A stretch of 64,000 nt of DNA, taken from contig NC_083283.1 in NCBI RefSeq assembly GCF_963506605.1, positions 63,860,001 through 63,924,000 of the forward strand, read 5' to 3'. This document shows, in pieces, positions 49,652 through 63,884 of this stretch (position 1 is the first letter of the stretch; each line of letters starts with the position of its first letter). Position numbers and translations under genes: made by a program. This DNA is from Zootoca vivipara (lineage: Eukaryota). Under the pieces are notes generated by a model. It was not told the DNA's origin and did no database searches. It saw only the letters and a list, made by a program, of their open reading frames with translations.

Positions 49652-50859
49652 TCAGCAGCAGTGATGGTGGTGGCAAGGCTGCAGAAGTGGTGTTCATCTC
49701 AGATCGGAGGAAAGGATGCTATCTACTCATTTGGATGCTGTCTTGCCATCTGGTCCCTCTTCAATATTGCACTAGTCTATGGTAGTTTTGAACCTCCAAG
49801 AGATTATTATTTTACTGCAGTTCCTTTCCATCTGAAATAGCATTGTGTCAAATCATTGCTATGTTTCCTCCTACCCCTTTGGACCTCGTGAGTGCAGATA
49901 ACATGTTCTTGCCACCTGGAGATTAGCTTCGGAGCCACTCTCAGATGATTTTGCACATCTTCAGTGGTTCACCATTCTCTTCCTTCCCAGCTCTTAGCAT
50001 GTGGCAATGATGTACTGTGAGCCTAGTTTCAGATGTGCTCCAGCCTCTGGAGCAAAAGACTGCAGTTGGTTGTTATCCCTGGTCAAGGCAAGGCACCCTA
50101 TCCCCAAGCCTGTGCCATTCTGCCATTATTAATTCCCCCCCCCTGCAGTTCTTCAAAGCAGCAGGAAGGATGAACTGGGAATCACACTGGACCTGGGGCT
50201 TGGCTCAGTGAGTTCTGCACATATCCATGAGCTTTGGGCAGTTGCCCACCTTTGCTGTGTGATGGCTCCAGCCATGTCACCCAAGGAACTCCCAATGTTG
50301 CGATTAGGAAACATATTGCACCATGCTGTGGAACTCCCAAGACTTTCCACAAAAGCCGAGTGCTGGAGCATCATCGCATAAATCTGTGATACTTTTATTT
50401 GTCCAGATTTGTTTACTCTTCCAGCTTCTCTCCCAGGCCTCCCACTTGCAAAGTCTTCTCAAAGCTGTTTAAGCAGAACTAGACAGACAGATTCCTTTTG
50501 GAGTCGCAAGCTCTTTCCCACATGTCTTATGCGAATCATCAAACCTGAGACTTCTTGGTAGCCTAACCTTCACCATGTGGCGGTGAAACCTCTGTGCCCT
50601 TTTCAGTTAATATTGATTAGGCGAAATCAATAAAATTAAAGACATGTTTGTGTGTTTTGTTTTGTTTTCTTAAAAAGCACCACCACCTACAGAAAGCTGA
50701 GATGAATTTGCCCATACAGACTGCTTGCAAATGCTACTGATTCAAAAGTTAACTTTCAAAATATTCAGCAAATGAAGTTTGTTTCAAGAAATAGGATATA
50801 AGCTGCCTTTGCATTAAGAATGAGCAACTTGCCTCTTCCTCCATGCAGATGCCTACATA

Positions 50860-51092
50860 GAGAGCCAGTGTGGTGTAGTGGTAAGAGTGTTGGACTAGGA
50901 CCTGGGAAACCATGGTTCAAATCCCCACTCAGCCATGAAGCTCAGTGGGTGACCTTGGGCCAGTCACTGCCTCTCCTCTCAGCCTAACCTACCTCACAGG
51001 GTTGTTGTGAGGACTAAATGAGGAGAAGGGGAACTATGTACACCACCTTGAGCTCCTTGAGGGGGGGAAGTGAGCTAGAAATGCCATGAATA
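50860..51092 (+). mobile_element. MIR/CORE-type SINE
   Basis: tRNA-like head (gtggtgtagtgg, ggttcaaatcc), CORE tgggtgaccttgggccagtcac..ctcagcct, tail acctacctcacagggttgttgtgagga. Confidence 0.85.
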
Positions 51093-51190
51093 GGCCGCCA
51101 CTGAAATGGATGGGAGCATCACAATGCTGCTGTAAACAATAGGAAGCAGAATTCCCAGGCGTTGCCCTCTGCAAACTCTCACTTTCCTTA

Positions 51191-51529
<339 letters not shown>

Positions 51530-54500
51530 TCATATGAGGGAACTTTTTAAAGAACCAGCCGTGCCTGGTAATTTTAGGCCGCATCCCCCAAAAAGGAAAT
51601 ATATATCAGGAGTAGCTAACATGGTGCCCTCCAGATGTTGCTAAACTGTAAGTTCCACCAGCTCCAGTACCTCACAATGAAGAGCACAAAATCTGCAGAG
51701 GAAACTAATGGATCAAACATAGTGCAGTTAGTGCACCTATTGTTCTCCATATGGGAAGAACCAGTCAAAACCACAAGCAAAATCCCAGCGCAAGGTACAG
51801 GTTGAAGGTCAGGGTTGGAAGCCTGTCGGGATGCGGGTGACATTGCCAGATCAATCCGAAGTCACAAAGCGACCTTCCGCTGAACACATTGTTTCCAAAG
51901 TGGCAGCCAATTAGTGGGTGCAGATGAAAGGCTGCTTGAAATCCTGCCTGGCAAATTTGAAAAGCCAGGACCCCGTTTCTCTTGGCAGACCAATGCATTG
52001 CAAGTCACTCTGCTCTAGGTAGGAGGGAAACATAACAGGTGGAATTCCAGTTCCATTCCCCCCCCCCAGGCCCACCTGGGAAATATCTGGAGGAAATGAC
52101 GGCCTATTTGAGTTTCGGCTACCAGGATGCCATTCTTTCAATATTGCCAATTGCTTGCTTTGGCAATCAGGCTGGTTCCCCCCCCCCACATGTGGTCAGA
52201 TGCCTTTTTCTTTTTGGGACATCTGTAGCATTGCTTGTTCCTTAAAACATCTGATATTCGCTGCGTGGCTGTGAAGAAAGGTTGTCCACGTGGATCAGCC
52301 CACAAAATCCAGACAATGGGAAAGATTTCTAGATTAGCACTATTATTACTACCGGGTTAGTAAGCAAGTAGCTCCAGATAACTCGAGCAAAAAAAGAGCA
52401 ACTTTGCAAATAATTATCATTGTTGGCAGTGCTGTTGTGCACCTAGATTAACTACAGAGGTAAGTATCATCACCGCCATTTAAAGAAATGGATGACAAAT
52501 GAAATGCCAGACTCCCATGATTCTATAATTACAGTGTAATGGCAATTAATGCAATCTTATTTCTTACTAGAAATTATGTGAAATGCTAAAGGGACCACTG
52601 TGCCTTTTAAGACTTACCCTTATCATCAAGTTGCATCTCGTCTACCATTATCCAAAATATAATTGAAAGACCAAAAAAAAAGCCAAGCAAAAACAAACTT
52701 GGCAGGCAGCTCTTAATTGCCTGCTCCTTTCCTATCTAGCATGAGGCCTGTCAGCAAATCTCAAAAGAAAAGCACAACGGTATGTGTTGACATTCGATCT
52801 CCACTCATCACTACAAGCCCACTTTGAGCATCAATCACATTTGTTAATAAGTGAAATGGTGTGAAATACCAACATTTTAAATTACTGGAATGTTGTTTCG
52901 CTATTGTCAAAAATTCCAGAGACCTTTCTTTTTTTAAAAAAAAGGGGGGGGGGAGAGAGAGACAATAACGAAGAATTTAATCCATGCATTTCAGAGACGG
53001 GGTGGCAATCATAACCATACACTGTCTTCCATATTTCCTTGTATACAACTTGTGTTCACTACTACTAGGCTTTGTAAAAGACTATAGGAAATCAATCAGG
53101 ATGAATACAGACAGCCTATATCAGAGGAAAGCATTCTGGTTGCCCCCTCCCCCATGCTCCAGACTACAACTCTCATCAGCACCTGTCAGCGTGGCCAATG
53201 GACAGGAATGATGAGAACTACAGTCCAGAACTCCAAGAGGGAGCCAAGTTGCCTAATCTGGTCTACGGTGATTGGCAGCAGCTCTCCAAGGTTTCAGATA
53301 AGCATCTTCCCAGCCATTGCTGGTTTTATGTGATTCCCAATCTCTGTCACTCATTGATCCCTGTAGTACAATTAGACTAGCAGCAGTCAGCTTGGTGATG
53401 GGCACAGCTGATGCAGGTTGTCTAGCCTGCAAAAGGACTCTGACTGCTGGAGGTAGCTGGTTTCTAGAAGCAACCTTATAGCATGTGGTAAGAGGTGCTT
53501 ATATGCTTAATGAAGCTTGTTAAAAGTAAATTAGTCAAATATTCCAAGGCCTTAGCTAGACTCAGTTAGAGGGAAGACAGAAGATGAGTGTTCAATGGAG
53601 AGTTATGAATCACAAAAAAAACTTGTAACAGCCTGTAAAAGCACCTGTGACTGGCCAATAGCAAAAAATCCTTCCTTTCTAAATGGATGGACATGTCTGG
53701 TCCAGTAGGGGGTAGAGCTAAAATATGATAGCTCTCCATTTGCTGAACAGCATCTGCTTAAAGAACTACAAGGTTGATTACTTCAAACACAGCAGCCAAA
53801 TTCATCTGGTGCTCGGTGACCACCCAAAGAATAGTTACGAGCTTCAAGCTTGAGTCATCAAGGTAGGCCTCAAAATAAGCAAATATATCTATCATTAGAA
53901 AACAGCTGACGTTTAATAACCTCAGCTCATGGATGTGCTTGGCTGTCACCATGCAAATGAGCTCATTTGGACCTAGGCATTTGAAAACAGAAGCGTACCT
54001 ACAAACAGTGATGTTAAGATCACATATATTAGTCAGATCAACTTTGTGCATGTGTGATGACACGTTACAGTAACCATGATTCACCTTCCCCAGTATCTGG
54101 ACTCACTCTACCCTAAAAAACGACCATCACACCAGCCTGAGTGTTGGAATGGGCCCATTGTTTCAACCTTTTCTGTGACTGCAGAATGACACCAGCTGTT
54201 AAGAAGAAACCAGGTAGCAAATACAGGTAGAATCAACGTATTCTGACAAATAATAATCTTATACTGAAAATTCAAAGGCATTCATCAGAAGACATAAGAA
54301 TAAAGTTGACCTCTTTAAATATTTAGCCTACTGGCCATGCTCCAAATGCAGACCAGAATGCTGCCAACAATTTATCATTCTTCCCTTCTTCCCTGACATG
54401 TCTTTACTTTTGACCTTTCAACATACCGGTAGTTCATCAGGCAGTACTCACTACCTGAATAACAACCTAGACTCACTTAACATAAGTTTTATGCCATAAA

Positions 54501-54829
54501 AAGCAAAATACCTTTCATTGGTATTAGGCTGTTGATAAAACTATGTAGAACTTTGAACTGATCAACCAACCAAGCAACTTTCTTTTCATAAACCTAAAGT
54601 CATTGATGGTACCAGATTAGCCATGAAGGGATACGGCATTGTTTGTGCATCCGGATCATTTGGGGGGATGTATTATGGAGGCTGGGAGTGTTAAATAAAT
54701 GTGCTTTTATGCAGCAAAAAAAAAAAATAGTTTGGGGAAAATCCTGCCAGCCAAAGGAGAACAGAACAGGATGATGCCTTGACACATAGTTATTCCACAT
54801 ATTATTAGGAGGAAGGAAATAACTTGACC

Positions 54830-54975
54830 TGGGGATCAAGGGATGGGCTGTAGCTCTGGGAAAGCACAAGCTTTGAACACAAAAGTTGAGTTCCCAGCAT
54901 CTCAAAACAGAACTAGGGCAGACAACACTGCCTCAAACCCTGGAGAGATGTTGCCAGTGAGTAGATAGTTCTAGC
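54830..54975 (+). mobile_element. Degenerate tRNA-derived SINE interrupted by two MITEs
   Basis: gctgtagctc..ctgcctcaaaccctggagag..gccagtgagtaga..agctaga; relatives at 58520-58660 and 59357-59500. Confidence 0.5.
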
Positions 54976-54980
54976 TAGAC

Positions 54981-55116
54981 CAGTGTTCCCCAAACTTGGG
55001 TCTCCAGCTGTTTTTGGACTACAACTCCCATCATCCCTGACCACTGGTCTTGCTAGCTAGGGATGGTGGGAGTTGTAGTCCAAAAACAGCTGGAGACCCA
55101 AGTTTGGGAAACACTG
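54981..55116. mobile_element. Palindromic hAT MITE
   Basis: cagtgttccccaaacttgggtctccagctg...cagctggagacccaagtttgggaaacactg; TSD agctagac/agctagaa. Confidence 0.9.
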
Positions 55117-55124
55117 AGCTAGAA

Positions 55125-55260
55125 GCCTTGAGTGGGAAACCTGTGGTCCTTCAGATGATGTTGGGTTACAACTTCCATCAGCCCCGGACAGCATGGCCAA
55201 TGATCAGGGGTGGGAGTTGTAGCCCAACAACATCTTCGAGGCCACAGGTTCCCCACCTCA
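55125..55260. mobile_element. Older palindromic hAT MITE abutting the previous one
   Basis: gtgggaaacctgtgg...ccacaggttccccacc; followed by agctagat. Confidence 0.72.
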
Positions 55261-56179
55261 AGCTAGATGGGGTAAATAATTGATAAAAAAATTTCCTTAA
55301 ATAACTGATAGTAGGGAAGAGTTATGAAAAGGATTAGCCAAAGCAGGAGAAGGTAAGAATATCAGCAGCGGTCAAGTAGGACAAACAGGGCATCCGTACA
55401 GTTCTCATACCATTTTCACATGTAACACCAAGAAATGCATCTGAATCTCTTTTGTGTTTGTTTACGCCACAAAATGAATGCTGCAAACAGCAGATAAAAT
55501 TTGGAATTGGGGGAAAAAATGAAAGGTAGCTTTTAACTAATATAGGTTTCACCTTTACATTACAGACTGATTAAAACACAAACTTATTTAAGTTTCACGT
55601 TTGAAAATACCCTTAGGCTGTCCATAATATATATAGCTGGTGGGCTGCTCTATCATTCCATTGTGTCTCAAGCATTCCTGATCCAGCCTCATCTATTTTC
55701 ATGTTCATCTAGGAAACAGTTGAGGTGAAGGTTACACAAGGGAGCAAAATGAAATTTGTGCCTTGTGTCCCTGGAGAACGAGCCAGCTCTCATTCGAGTT
55801 AGCCCTAGAGGTGTGCTCAAACCATCATGTTCTCTTTCACCTTGGATCAGAAATTGTTCTCCAGATGAAAGACAGCCAGATAAATGAGAGAAAATGCAAT
55901 TAAATGTCTGCCGCTGTCACACAAAGTCACCATAGAATACGACTCCCCCCATTTGCTTTGTGTTAGTTACATTCTAGAACTGCAGTAACTAAACGCCATT
56001 TCAGACATTATATCTTTTGTCCAAGTCAGCCATGTGCTCTACCTTGAGTTTACACAACTTGGGCATAAGGACTGCCTTGCAGGATCAGACCAGGAGATTA
56101 TTCAGCCCAGCCATGGGCAAGCTCCCAGCTCAAACTGAGAAGCAAGCTGAGCCATTTCCTCCCAAACTGGAACATAGTA

Positions 56180-56410
56180 CAGTGGTACCTTGGTTTACGA
56201 ACTTAATCCGTTCCAGAAGTCCGCTCTTAAATGGAAACCGTTCTTAAACCGAGGCACACTTTCCCTAATGAGGCGTCCTGCCGCCGGTGCCCTTCCACCG
56301 TTCGGATTCCGTTCTTAGACCGAGGTAAAGTTCGCAAACTGGGACACTACTTCCGGTTTTGCGGAGTTTGTAAACCAAATTGTTCGTAAACAGGACTGTT
56401 CTTAAACCTA
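56180..56410. mobile_element. Tigger-like MITE, right TIR truncated
   Basis: TA|cagtggtaccttggtttacgaacttaatccgttcc. Confidence 0.75.
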
Positions 56411-56764
56411 CCCTATTCCTGTGAGCTCCTAAACCTCTCCCCCACCCCGACCAGCCAAATACCTGCCATCATTCCTTCAATTTGACTTACCAGTCTGGCA
56501 TTTGGGAGCCAGCAAACCACAGCAGGCTGTTGTAAGGAAGGGAGGTGGTCCCCCCCCCTCTCCACCACCCACCCACTTGGCATGCTACATAGCCCCTGCG
56601 GAATGTATTTTCCCCAAAGATCAAAGCATGCAGTCAATGAGATGCTACATCTTCAGCTAGATAATTTTTGGGCGAAAGCCCTGTTCAGGAGTCTACTTGT
56701 GCAATGAGAATCAAGTGAGGGAGACCACGGGCATGCTGGCAGTATGCCTTCCCTGATATCTAAC

Positions 56765-56906
56765 ATAGCTCCGTCGGTAGAGCATGAGACTCTTAATCTC
56801 AGGATTGTGGGTTTGAGTCCCATATTGGGCGAAAGATTCCTGCACCGCACGGGGTTGGACTAGATGATCCTCGGGGTCCCTTCCAACACTAGAATTCTCT
56901 GGTTCT
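56765..56906 (+). mobile_element. tRNA-Lys SINE with CR1 tail
   Basis: Homologous to 864-1014. Confidence 0.85.
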
Positions 56907-57208
56907 TTACCAGTTCTCCACAAGCAGATGGTGGATGTTCTTCCGAATCAAGGAGTCTCCCCTAACCTGTGAAAGTTCCCCGCATGATTTTAAACCTTGC
57001 ATATATTCAGGGCTGTAGACTGCACATGGAAAGACCTGGCTCCTAAACTGCTTTAACAGGTAAGCAAAAATGTTCATCTTCTTCCCCAATATAATGGTAG
57101 GGCATGTGCACACAGATTTTACGCAGTTACATCTGGTTAATATAGCTACTGTTAGGACTAAAAACTAAAAAAGTAATCTATCCGTGGGTGTAGGTAGGGC
57201 TGCTGCTA

Positions 57209-57442
57209 CCCTGTTTCTCATATTTTAAGACATACCCATAAAATAAGCCATAGCAGGATTTTTAAGCATTCAAGGAATATAAGCCATATCCCGAAAATAA
57301 GACATAGTGATAGGCGCAGCAGCAATGGCGGCCGCGGCAGGAGGAGGAGGAAAAAATAAGACATCTCTTGAAAATAAGCCATAGTGTGTTTTTTTGAGGA
57401 AAAAATAAATATAAGACATGTCTTATAATATGAGAAACACGG
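57209..57442 (+). mobile_element. Tc2/pogo-like MITE, near-identical to 44465-44700
   Basis: Same TIRs and TA TSD; about six differences by eye. Confidence 0.9.
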
Positions 57443-57524
57443 TACTTCAGGTCCACCCCATTTAGCCTTTAAACTGATTACTTGAGCTTCAAAGAAGATA
57501 AAAGAATTTATGTTTGTGTGTGTG

Positions 57525-57526
<2 letters not shown>

Positions 57527-57586
<60 letters not shown>
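57527..57586. repeat. (GA)n microsatellite
   Basis: Direct reading. Confidence 0.98.
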
Positions 57587-57587
<1 letters not shown>

Positions 57588-58120
57588 CCGGGGGGGGGGG
57601 GAGTGGGAGAGACAGAGATGTTCAGTTGCTTGAAATGAAAACAGATATCTTCTTGCATGCATAGCAATGCCTCAAGGTGACTTAAACAACTTCCTTTCAC
57701 ATCAAGAGCTGAGAGGGAAAACACTGCAGTACCTCAAAGAGCCAAAAGTCAGTGGCTTTTGGACAGCAACTGAGCAACCTAGGTGTTGACACTATCATAT
57801 CTTATGAGCTAAATGGGGCTTAGCCTATGTGGCACTGGGAAGGGGGTACACACATGTTGGTTTGGTGCATTATTAGATAACCATTATCTGGTTGCATGAA
57901 CCCCCCACCCGCCTGCATCGTCTCCCTATGCCAGATGACTGGGAGGGGAATGAGTCTTGCTTCATTTTGAGCACGACTTTGGAGAGAGGTGAAGCACCTC
58001 TCTTTTGCCACTTCCTCTTTCCTCGGTCTTTATAGGGAACTATGACCGGAGCAGCTTTTTTAAGTTCAGCACAGCACCTTGGAAAGCGAAGGAAGACCCT
58101 GTGAATTTGCCAAGCCCCCT

Positions 58121-58277
58121 GCAGCTCAGTCAGCAGAGCGTGAGACTTATAATATCAGGGCCGTGGGTTCGAGCCCCACTTTGAGCGAAAGATTCCTGCA
58201 TTGCAAAGGGGTTGGGCCGGATGATTCTCGTGGCCCCTTTCCAACTCCACAATTCTGATCCTGTGCATTGATTCTAC
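58121..58277 (+). mobile_element. tRNA-Lys SINE with CR1 tail (more diverged)
   Basis: Homologous to 864-1014. Confidence 0.8.
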
Positions 58278-59595
58278 GCATCAGTTCATGAACAGCTCCG
58301 GAGAAGGGACAGAGACTGGACTGAAAACAAGCGCAGGCACTGCAGCAAGCTGTTGTCCAGTTATCTAAACTGAAGCCCTGAAACACCAGATAGTATTGCA
58401 AGTAGTTTGCAAAATCGAAAAGAAATCCAGGGGTAGGTTAAGGGGAGCGATAAAAATGTGTCCGTGTTACAGCTGAGCAAATAAGGCAAACGGGGTGGGC
58501 GTTAATAGGGTGCCCATGTATCCTAGTGTACAGACCATCTGCTTTTTCAGAAGGTCCCAGATTCAGTCCCCACATCTGCAGGTAGTGCCGAGAGGGATTT
58601 CTGCCTGAAACCCCAAAGAGCCACTGCTAGGCAATGTAAGGCAGCTTCCCAGGTTCTAATGCTTCCCTCGTGACTGGAAAACTTGCCTTTTCGCTACCAC
58701 CTAGTTGTAGTTGAAGCCAGGCGCCATTTAAAAATGGCCAGCACGCGGTAAATGATGCTTTGCCAGAGCATAAGACAAGGAAGGCTATATACAGAGATCT
58801 CAGGAATGCTGGTGTGTGAAAAGTTTTGCATGTAGAGGAGTTAAACAGTCAGGCCTCAAAATAACTTTAGAAAATCATAAAAGGGTTTCTAAGGCAGTTT
58901 CAGCAAAACTCATATAAGATATAATTTCTGAAACTACACACTTACCCACAGCGAAACATTAAGCCAGAGTTTTGAAAAGCTATTAAGAGGGATTGAAAGA
59001 ACTTCCAATGGCACCTGTGACATTCACTTTCAGTGTTAATATCCTATTTTACCATGATGGCAGAGTAATAAGCTTTTAATCGAAAAAATGCAATTATACT
59101 ACAATGAAGCACTGCATTACGAATAAAAAAGCACATTGTTCTTTATGCTCATTGTTCTTAGGGTCACACTCGGAAGTTCGCAATCCATTACCAAGTGCAA
59201 AAGTTTCTGCTTGGATGCGTTTCATACTGAAATGTTAGAGAGTCTAGCACCTCAAATGTCAAACCGTTATTCACAACATTTGTATACGTATATTCATTCT
59301 TCTAGGTAGCTCACTACAGTCTTGTGAGGTGCTTGAGACTGAGAGAGAATGATTTCGGGAAGGGCCATAGCTTTCCAGGTTCAATCCCCGGTATGAATCT
59401 CCCAATTTGAAACACTGGGGAGACACACCCAATCAGTGTAGACAACAATGAGCTTGATGGACCAATGGTGTGACTTGGAATAAGGCAACCTGTGTTCTAT
59501 GATCAATGCATGTTTTATCTGAGACAATTCCAGAGAGACTGTGGGTTTTAATTGGGGAGAGGAGTTGCACTTCCAATGCTTTAGTTCCTCTAAGA

Positions 59596-59731
59596 CAGGC
59601 ATCCCCAAAACCGGCCCTCCAGATGTTTTGGGACTACAATTCCCATCATCCCTGACCACTGGTCCTGTTAGTTAGGGATGATGAGAGTTGTAGTCACAAA
59701 ACATCTGGAGGGCCGAGTCTGGGGATGCCTG
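59596..59731. mobile_element. Palindromic hAT MITE (same family as 376 and 45984)
   Basis: caggcatccccaaa...ggggatgcctg; TSD ctctaaga/ctctaaaa. Confidence 0.9.
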
Positions 59732-60520
59732 CTCTAAAACGTCTCTGTGCTCACTTGTACAAAGTTTGTTCCAAGCAGCTAGTCCTAGATATCCTTTACA
59801 CATGCTTCCCCTTTTTTGAAAACAACTTTCCCCCCTCCTGCTTAGGGTTTTCCCATACAGTCAGGTCAAACTGCCTTATTTCAATTAGCACACTGCATCA
59901 TTTCCAAACTTATTAGCTTCTTGACCCTATTGAAGAGACCAGGTCATATCAGAGTTTTCAAGTCATACCAAGCATCTCCCCAGACAAGAGAACAACTATG
60001 CATGACACTCCTTTATCAAAGGAAGTGGTTTGCAAACTTCCTGCTTCCACACTGGTTTGTCTGCTGAGGAATCCCTGTGAATTTGCCCCAGAACCTTCCT
60101 TCCCAGAAGAGCATTCTGGGACCTACTGGGCCTCGCCAGAAGTTGCATAATCTCGCTCAATCCGCTCACGATGGCAAGAAGGGAGCCTGGCTGTAGTGAG
60201 CAAGATAAGCCAGAGGTCTCCTCCAAGGTAATGTGGAGAGGATTAACCTCACCCCCTCACCAGCTCCAAAGTTCACTGAGCCCTGTGGCTTGTTATGGCT
60301 CTTGCTGGGCACAGTCACAAAGCTATGGCCATCCTCCATCTCCATCTCATAGCTGGAAGAGACACAGAGGCACCTTTCCACCAGGCAGAGACATAGAAAG
60401 CCCTTCCTATTCTGAGCTTGCGGTGCTTGTAGAGAAGGGCAGAGGCAAGTCAACTTCCTGTGCCCCTTTGGCTGGTGTTCTGCAAGCTTGGGACACTGGC
60501 CAGATGGACACAAAAAGAGA

Positions 60521-60885
60521 GACTTTGCAGAACTGGCAAAACTGACGGGAAAATTCCGGAACCAGCGAAACCAAGCATTCCAAAAGGACTGGAATAAATT
60601 TATATTATATTTGAAAGACAACTGTAAGCAATTAACATCATTAGCAGGGTTATCTGAAGATTTGTAAGATGAAATTGCTACCAATTCAGGTGGAGCAATT
60701 TAATATTTTAGGTAATGATATAACAAGGATAGGAAATGAAGTAAAATGTAAAGTTTAATTTTGTAAACCATTAGACGGGAAGGGGGGGGGGAGTCGATAG
60801 GCTCAGTTGAGCCAAAGAGATAAAATAAGAGGATATGATGTTACATAATGTGATTATATGTAAAACCAATAAAAATCATTTAAAA
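60521..60885 (+). mobile_element. L1 LINE 3' end
   Basis: Open frame 60521-60667 DFAELAKLTGKFRNQRNQAFQKDWNKFILYLKDNC..*; G-tract, AATAAA and A-rich end. Confidence 0.78.
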
Positions 60886-61112
60886 ACAGAAACAAAGAGA
60901 GAAAACCTCTGCCCCCTGCCCGCCCTTCTGAATAGTTGGAAGAAGATTGGTTTCCTGCCCTCTATTTCAGTTCCAAGCTTAGACCCAGAGAGAGCAGGAC
61001 TTTGTGCTGCCTTTCAAAGACATAGCATGAGGTCAGGGACAAGACCTGTCCTCTTGTGGTGAGGGTGGGAGGCTCTGTCAGTAACACATTTTTGATGGCC
61101 AGTAGGACCAGC

Positions 61113-61459
61113 ACTGTGGTCTAAACCACTGAGCCTAGGGCTTGCCGATCGGAAGGTTGGCGGTTCGAATCCCCGTGATGGGGTGTGCTCCCGTTGCTTG
61201 GTCCCAGCTCCTGCCAACCTACAAGTTTGAAAGCACATCAAAGTGCAAGTAGATAAATAGGTACCGCTCCGGCGGGAAGGTAAACAGTGTTTCCGTGCGC
61301 TGCTCTGGTTTGCCAGAAGCGGCTTAGTCATGCTGGCCACATGACCTGGAAAAACTGTCTGCGGACAAACGCCGGCGCCCTTGGCCAGTAAAGTGAGATG
61401 AGTGCCGCAACCCCAGAGTCATTTGCGACTGGGCTGAACTGTCAGGGGTCCTTTACCCT
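61113..61459 (+). mobile_element. Sauria SINE
   Basis: Homologous to the 7756 copy; ends gtcaggggtcctttaccct; 10-bp TSD taggaccagc. Confidence 0.93.
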
Positions 61460-62589
61460 TAGGACCAGCCAAAATGTGTCGCTTCCTGGTCTTCTCCTAT
61501 AACCCTGCATAACATGAAAACATTTATTAGGACACACATTGCATGGAAAGATCACCGGTGATGGTAAGTTGTGTTTAAAAAGAAGTTTGCCATCTCCACA
61601 CTTATCTGCTCATCGAGGAACCTCAGGCTTCCTTGGAACACAGTTTGAAAATGACAGATGCAAAGGCTTCATCCAGAAGCATAAACTCTTCCTTTTCCCT
61701 AGCTGCATGCATGCATGGAGTTGCTGTGCTTAGAAGCCTCTAAGTTCACCACTAGGCCTGGCAAACTCAGCATTAACTACTGCGGGAGAGAAGTTGCCTG
61801 TCAGAATGTAGCTAAAACTGGAATAATTCCAACCATGAACTGGCAGCTAGTCAGATGAGGACCAATTTTCTTAAGGATGGTTGAAACAAGCTGGCTTATG
61901 ATTAGAGAACAAGGTTAGAAAACACTACGTACAATGCGAAATGTTTAAGCTTTGCACCAGCACTGAATATGGATTATCATTAGGTGTCAAGAACAGTAAT
62001 TAGGCAATTGATTAAGCCATGTACTAATTGTATGCTAGGCTGACCAAACAAGCATGCAAATTTATTTGGCTATTAAAGAGATGTAAAGAAATATGGATTT
62101 TCAGCCAGTCAACAGCAAGCTTTTAGAGGTGGGTGTTTTGCCCTTTGGGGTAGACGTTTGAACTTCTGATCGTTTTGGAAAGGAAAGTTAACACCTGTGA
62201 CCCTCCTACAACAAGAAAGAGCTCATTTTATCAGCTGCCTTGCAAGCTGGTTTCTCAGCATGAGAAAGAATATGGGAATCTCAATGAAGATGGACTAATT
62301 AAGAGACTTCCTTTCCCTCTAAGCTATGAGGAGGCACTCTGTCTCTTGGTCTATGAAGCCCTTTCACAGAGAGGGGTTAGAAAGAAGCTCAAACGTCCAC
62401 ACTGGTAGCTGTCCACACCGAAACTATTAAACTGTCTTCTACAGAGCCCTTCACCATATATGGGCCATCTAGCCCAGAAGTCACAAATTCTGGGGTCCCA
62501 TGTACACATTTTCAAAGTGGAAAAATTGTTATGTGTACCACCCACACAACCCAGCACACACAACTTATTACATTCACTATAATAACATG

Positions 62590-63050
62590 ATTTCCAGGAG
62601 AAGCCAGAGATGTTCCATCCCTGATAGAATGGCGGGAGGAACCAGCTAGGGAACCACCAAAGGAAGAAGGCTCAGAACCTGGGGAGTAGTGATGGAACAA
62701 TGATGAGTGGTCGGGGGGGGGGACAGGAAAGAGGAGGTGTCGGAAGCTGAATGGGTAACAGGGCTTAGTGAGCTGGGAGAGTGTGGCAGAAAGAATTCCA
62801 GAATCAGAGGGAGAAGCTGAAACAGATGAGTGGGATGAGGGAGGCCAAGAGGCAGAGATGAGTCAGGCTAGTGAAGTCACAGGTGTCTCTCCCTCCTGCC
62901 ACAACAAGCTCCCCTCCCCTCCAGTCTCCCAGAACCAGAAGAGGCATGAAAAGGGCAGAGGAGAGGTTGGCTGCCCGCAGGCGCAGTCTCCGATTGCTTG
63001 GGGGAACACCCTGGAGAGAAGGGGTCTGCAACACGCCAGCCCTTTCTACA
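62590..63050 (+). mobile_element. Purine-rich repeat fragment, possibly LTR-derived
   Basis: Strong GA skew, acidic pseudo-ORF followed by SPPLQSPRTRR..RRRSLRL; no termini or TSD identified. Confidence 0.35.
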
Positions 63051-63884
63051 AAAGCAAGCAATAAGTGGCAGCTTGTGGGTTAACTTGAGCCTGGGAGTAG
63101 CCCCTGTGATCCTCCAGCTAATGTTGGACTTTCTCACTTCAGCCCCAGTCACCACAGGAATTGGTCAGGGATGGTGGAAGCTGAAGTCCAACAGTATCTA
63201 GAGAGCACCACACTGATTCCCCTGCCCATTTGTCCAACCTCTCTTTTCCTAGGTAGAACTAAAAGAAAATGCTGCTAGGTTTGGTACCAGAGAAAACCTA
63301 GAGAGACAGATCCACTATTGCATCTTACTTGGCAAAATAAGGCTTTCCCCTATAAGCAAATTACTTACACACAGGATTGCAAATATATATTAATTTGGTT
63401 CAACTGTGCAAGATTTACCAGGCTAGAATATCAAATGCTCTCGGGCTACTGTACTTTGGGCTTGCGCTATGTGAAAAGGCACTGATGAAATAGAATTATG
63501 AAGCCCCAAAAGCATTTAATAATCACAGAAACGAAGCACATGCACTAATAAAATTAACGTTAATAAACTAGGTCAACGCTGAAACAAAGGAAACAGCTAG
63601 ACAGGCAAAATGCTGCAAACCTTCAGGGTTGCAATTTTCAATTCAACTTTCTCTTCTAGCATTTTACTTCATACAGTAACGGTTGTGGGTTTTGTTGCTC
63701 TTTGACCTGTGAAACATAGGCATTAGTTACAAGGCAGTGTGCAGGGGAGGCCTCTCAGCAGGATCCCTATTTGCAGCTGCAAGCAGTCAAGTAGCTACTT
63801 AGTATAGTGTCTTTTGGAAGAAAAGCTCGTGAATCAACCTTCTATCATTAAAAGTGTTTTAATGGTGAGAAAAAGGCTTATACT

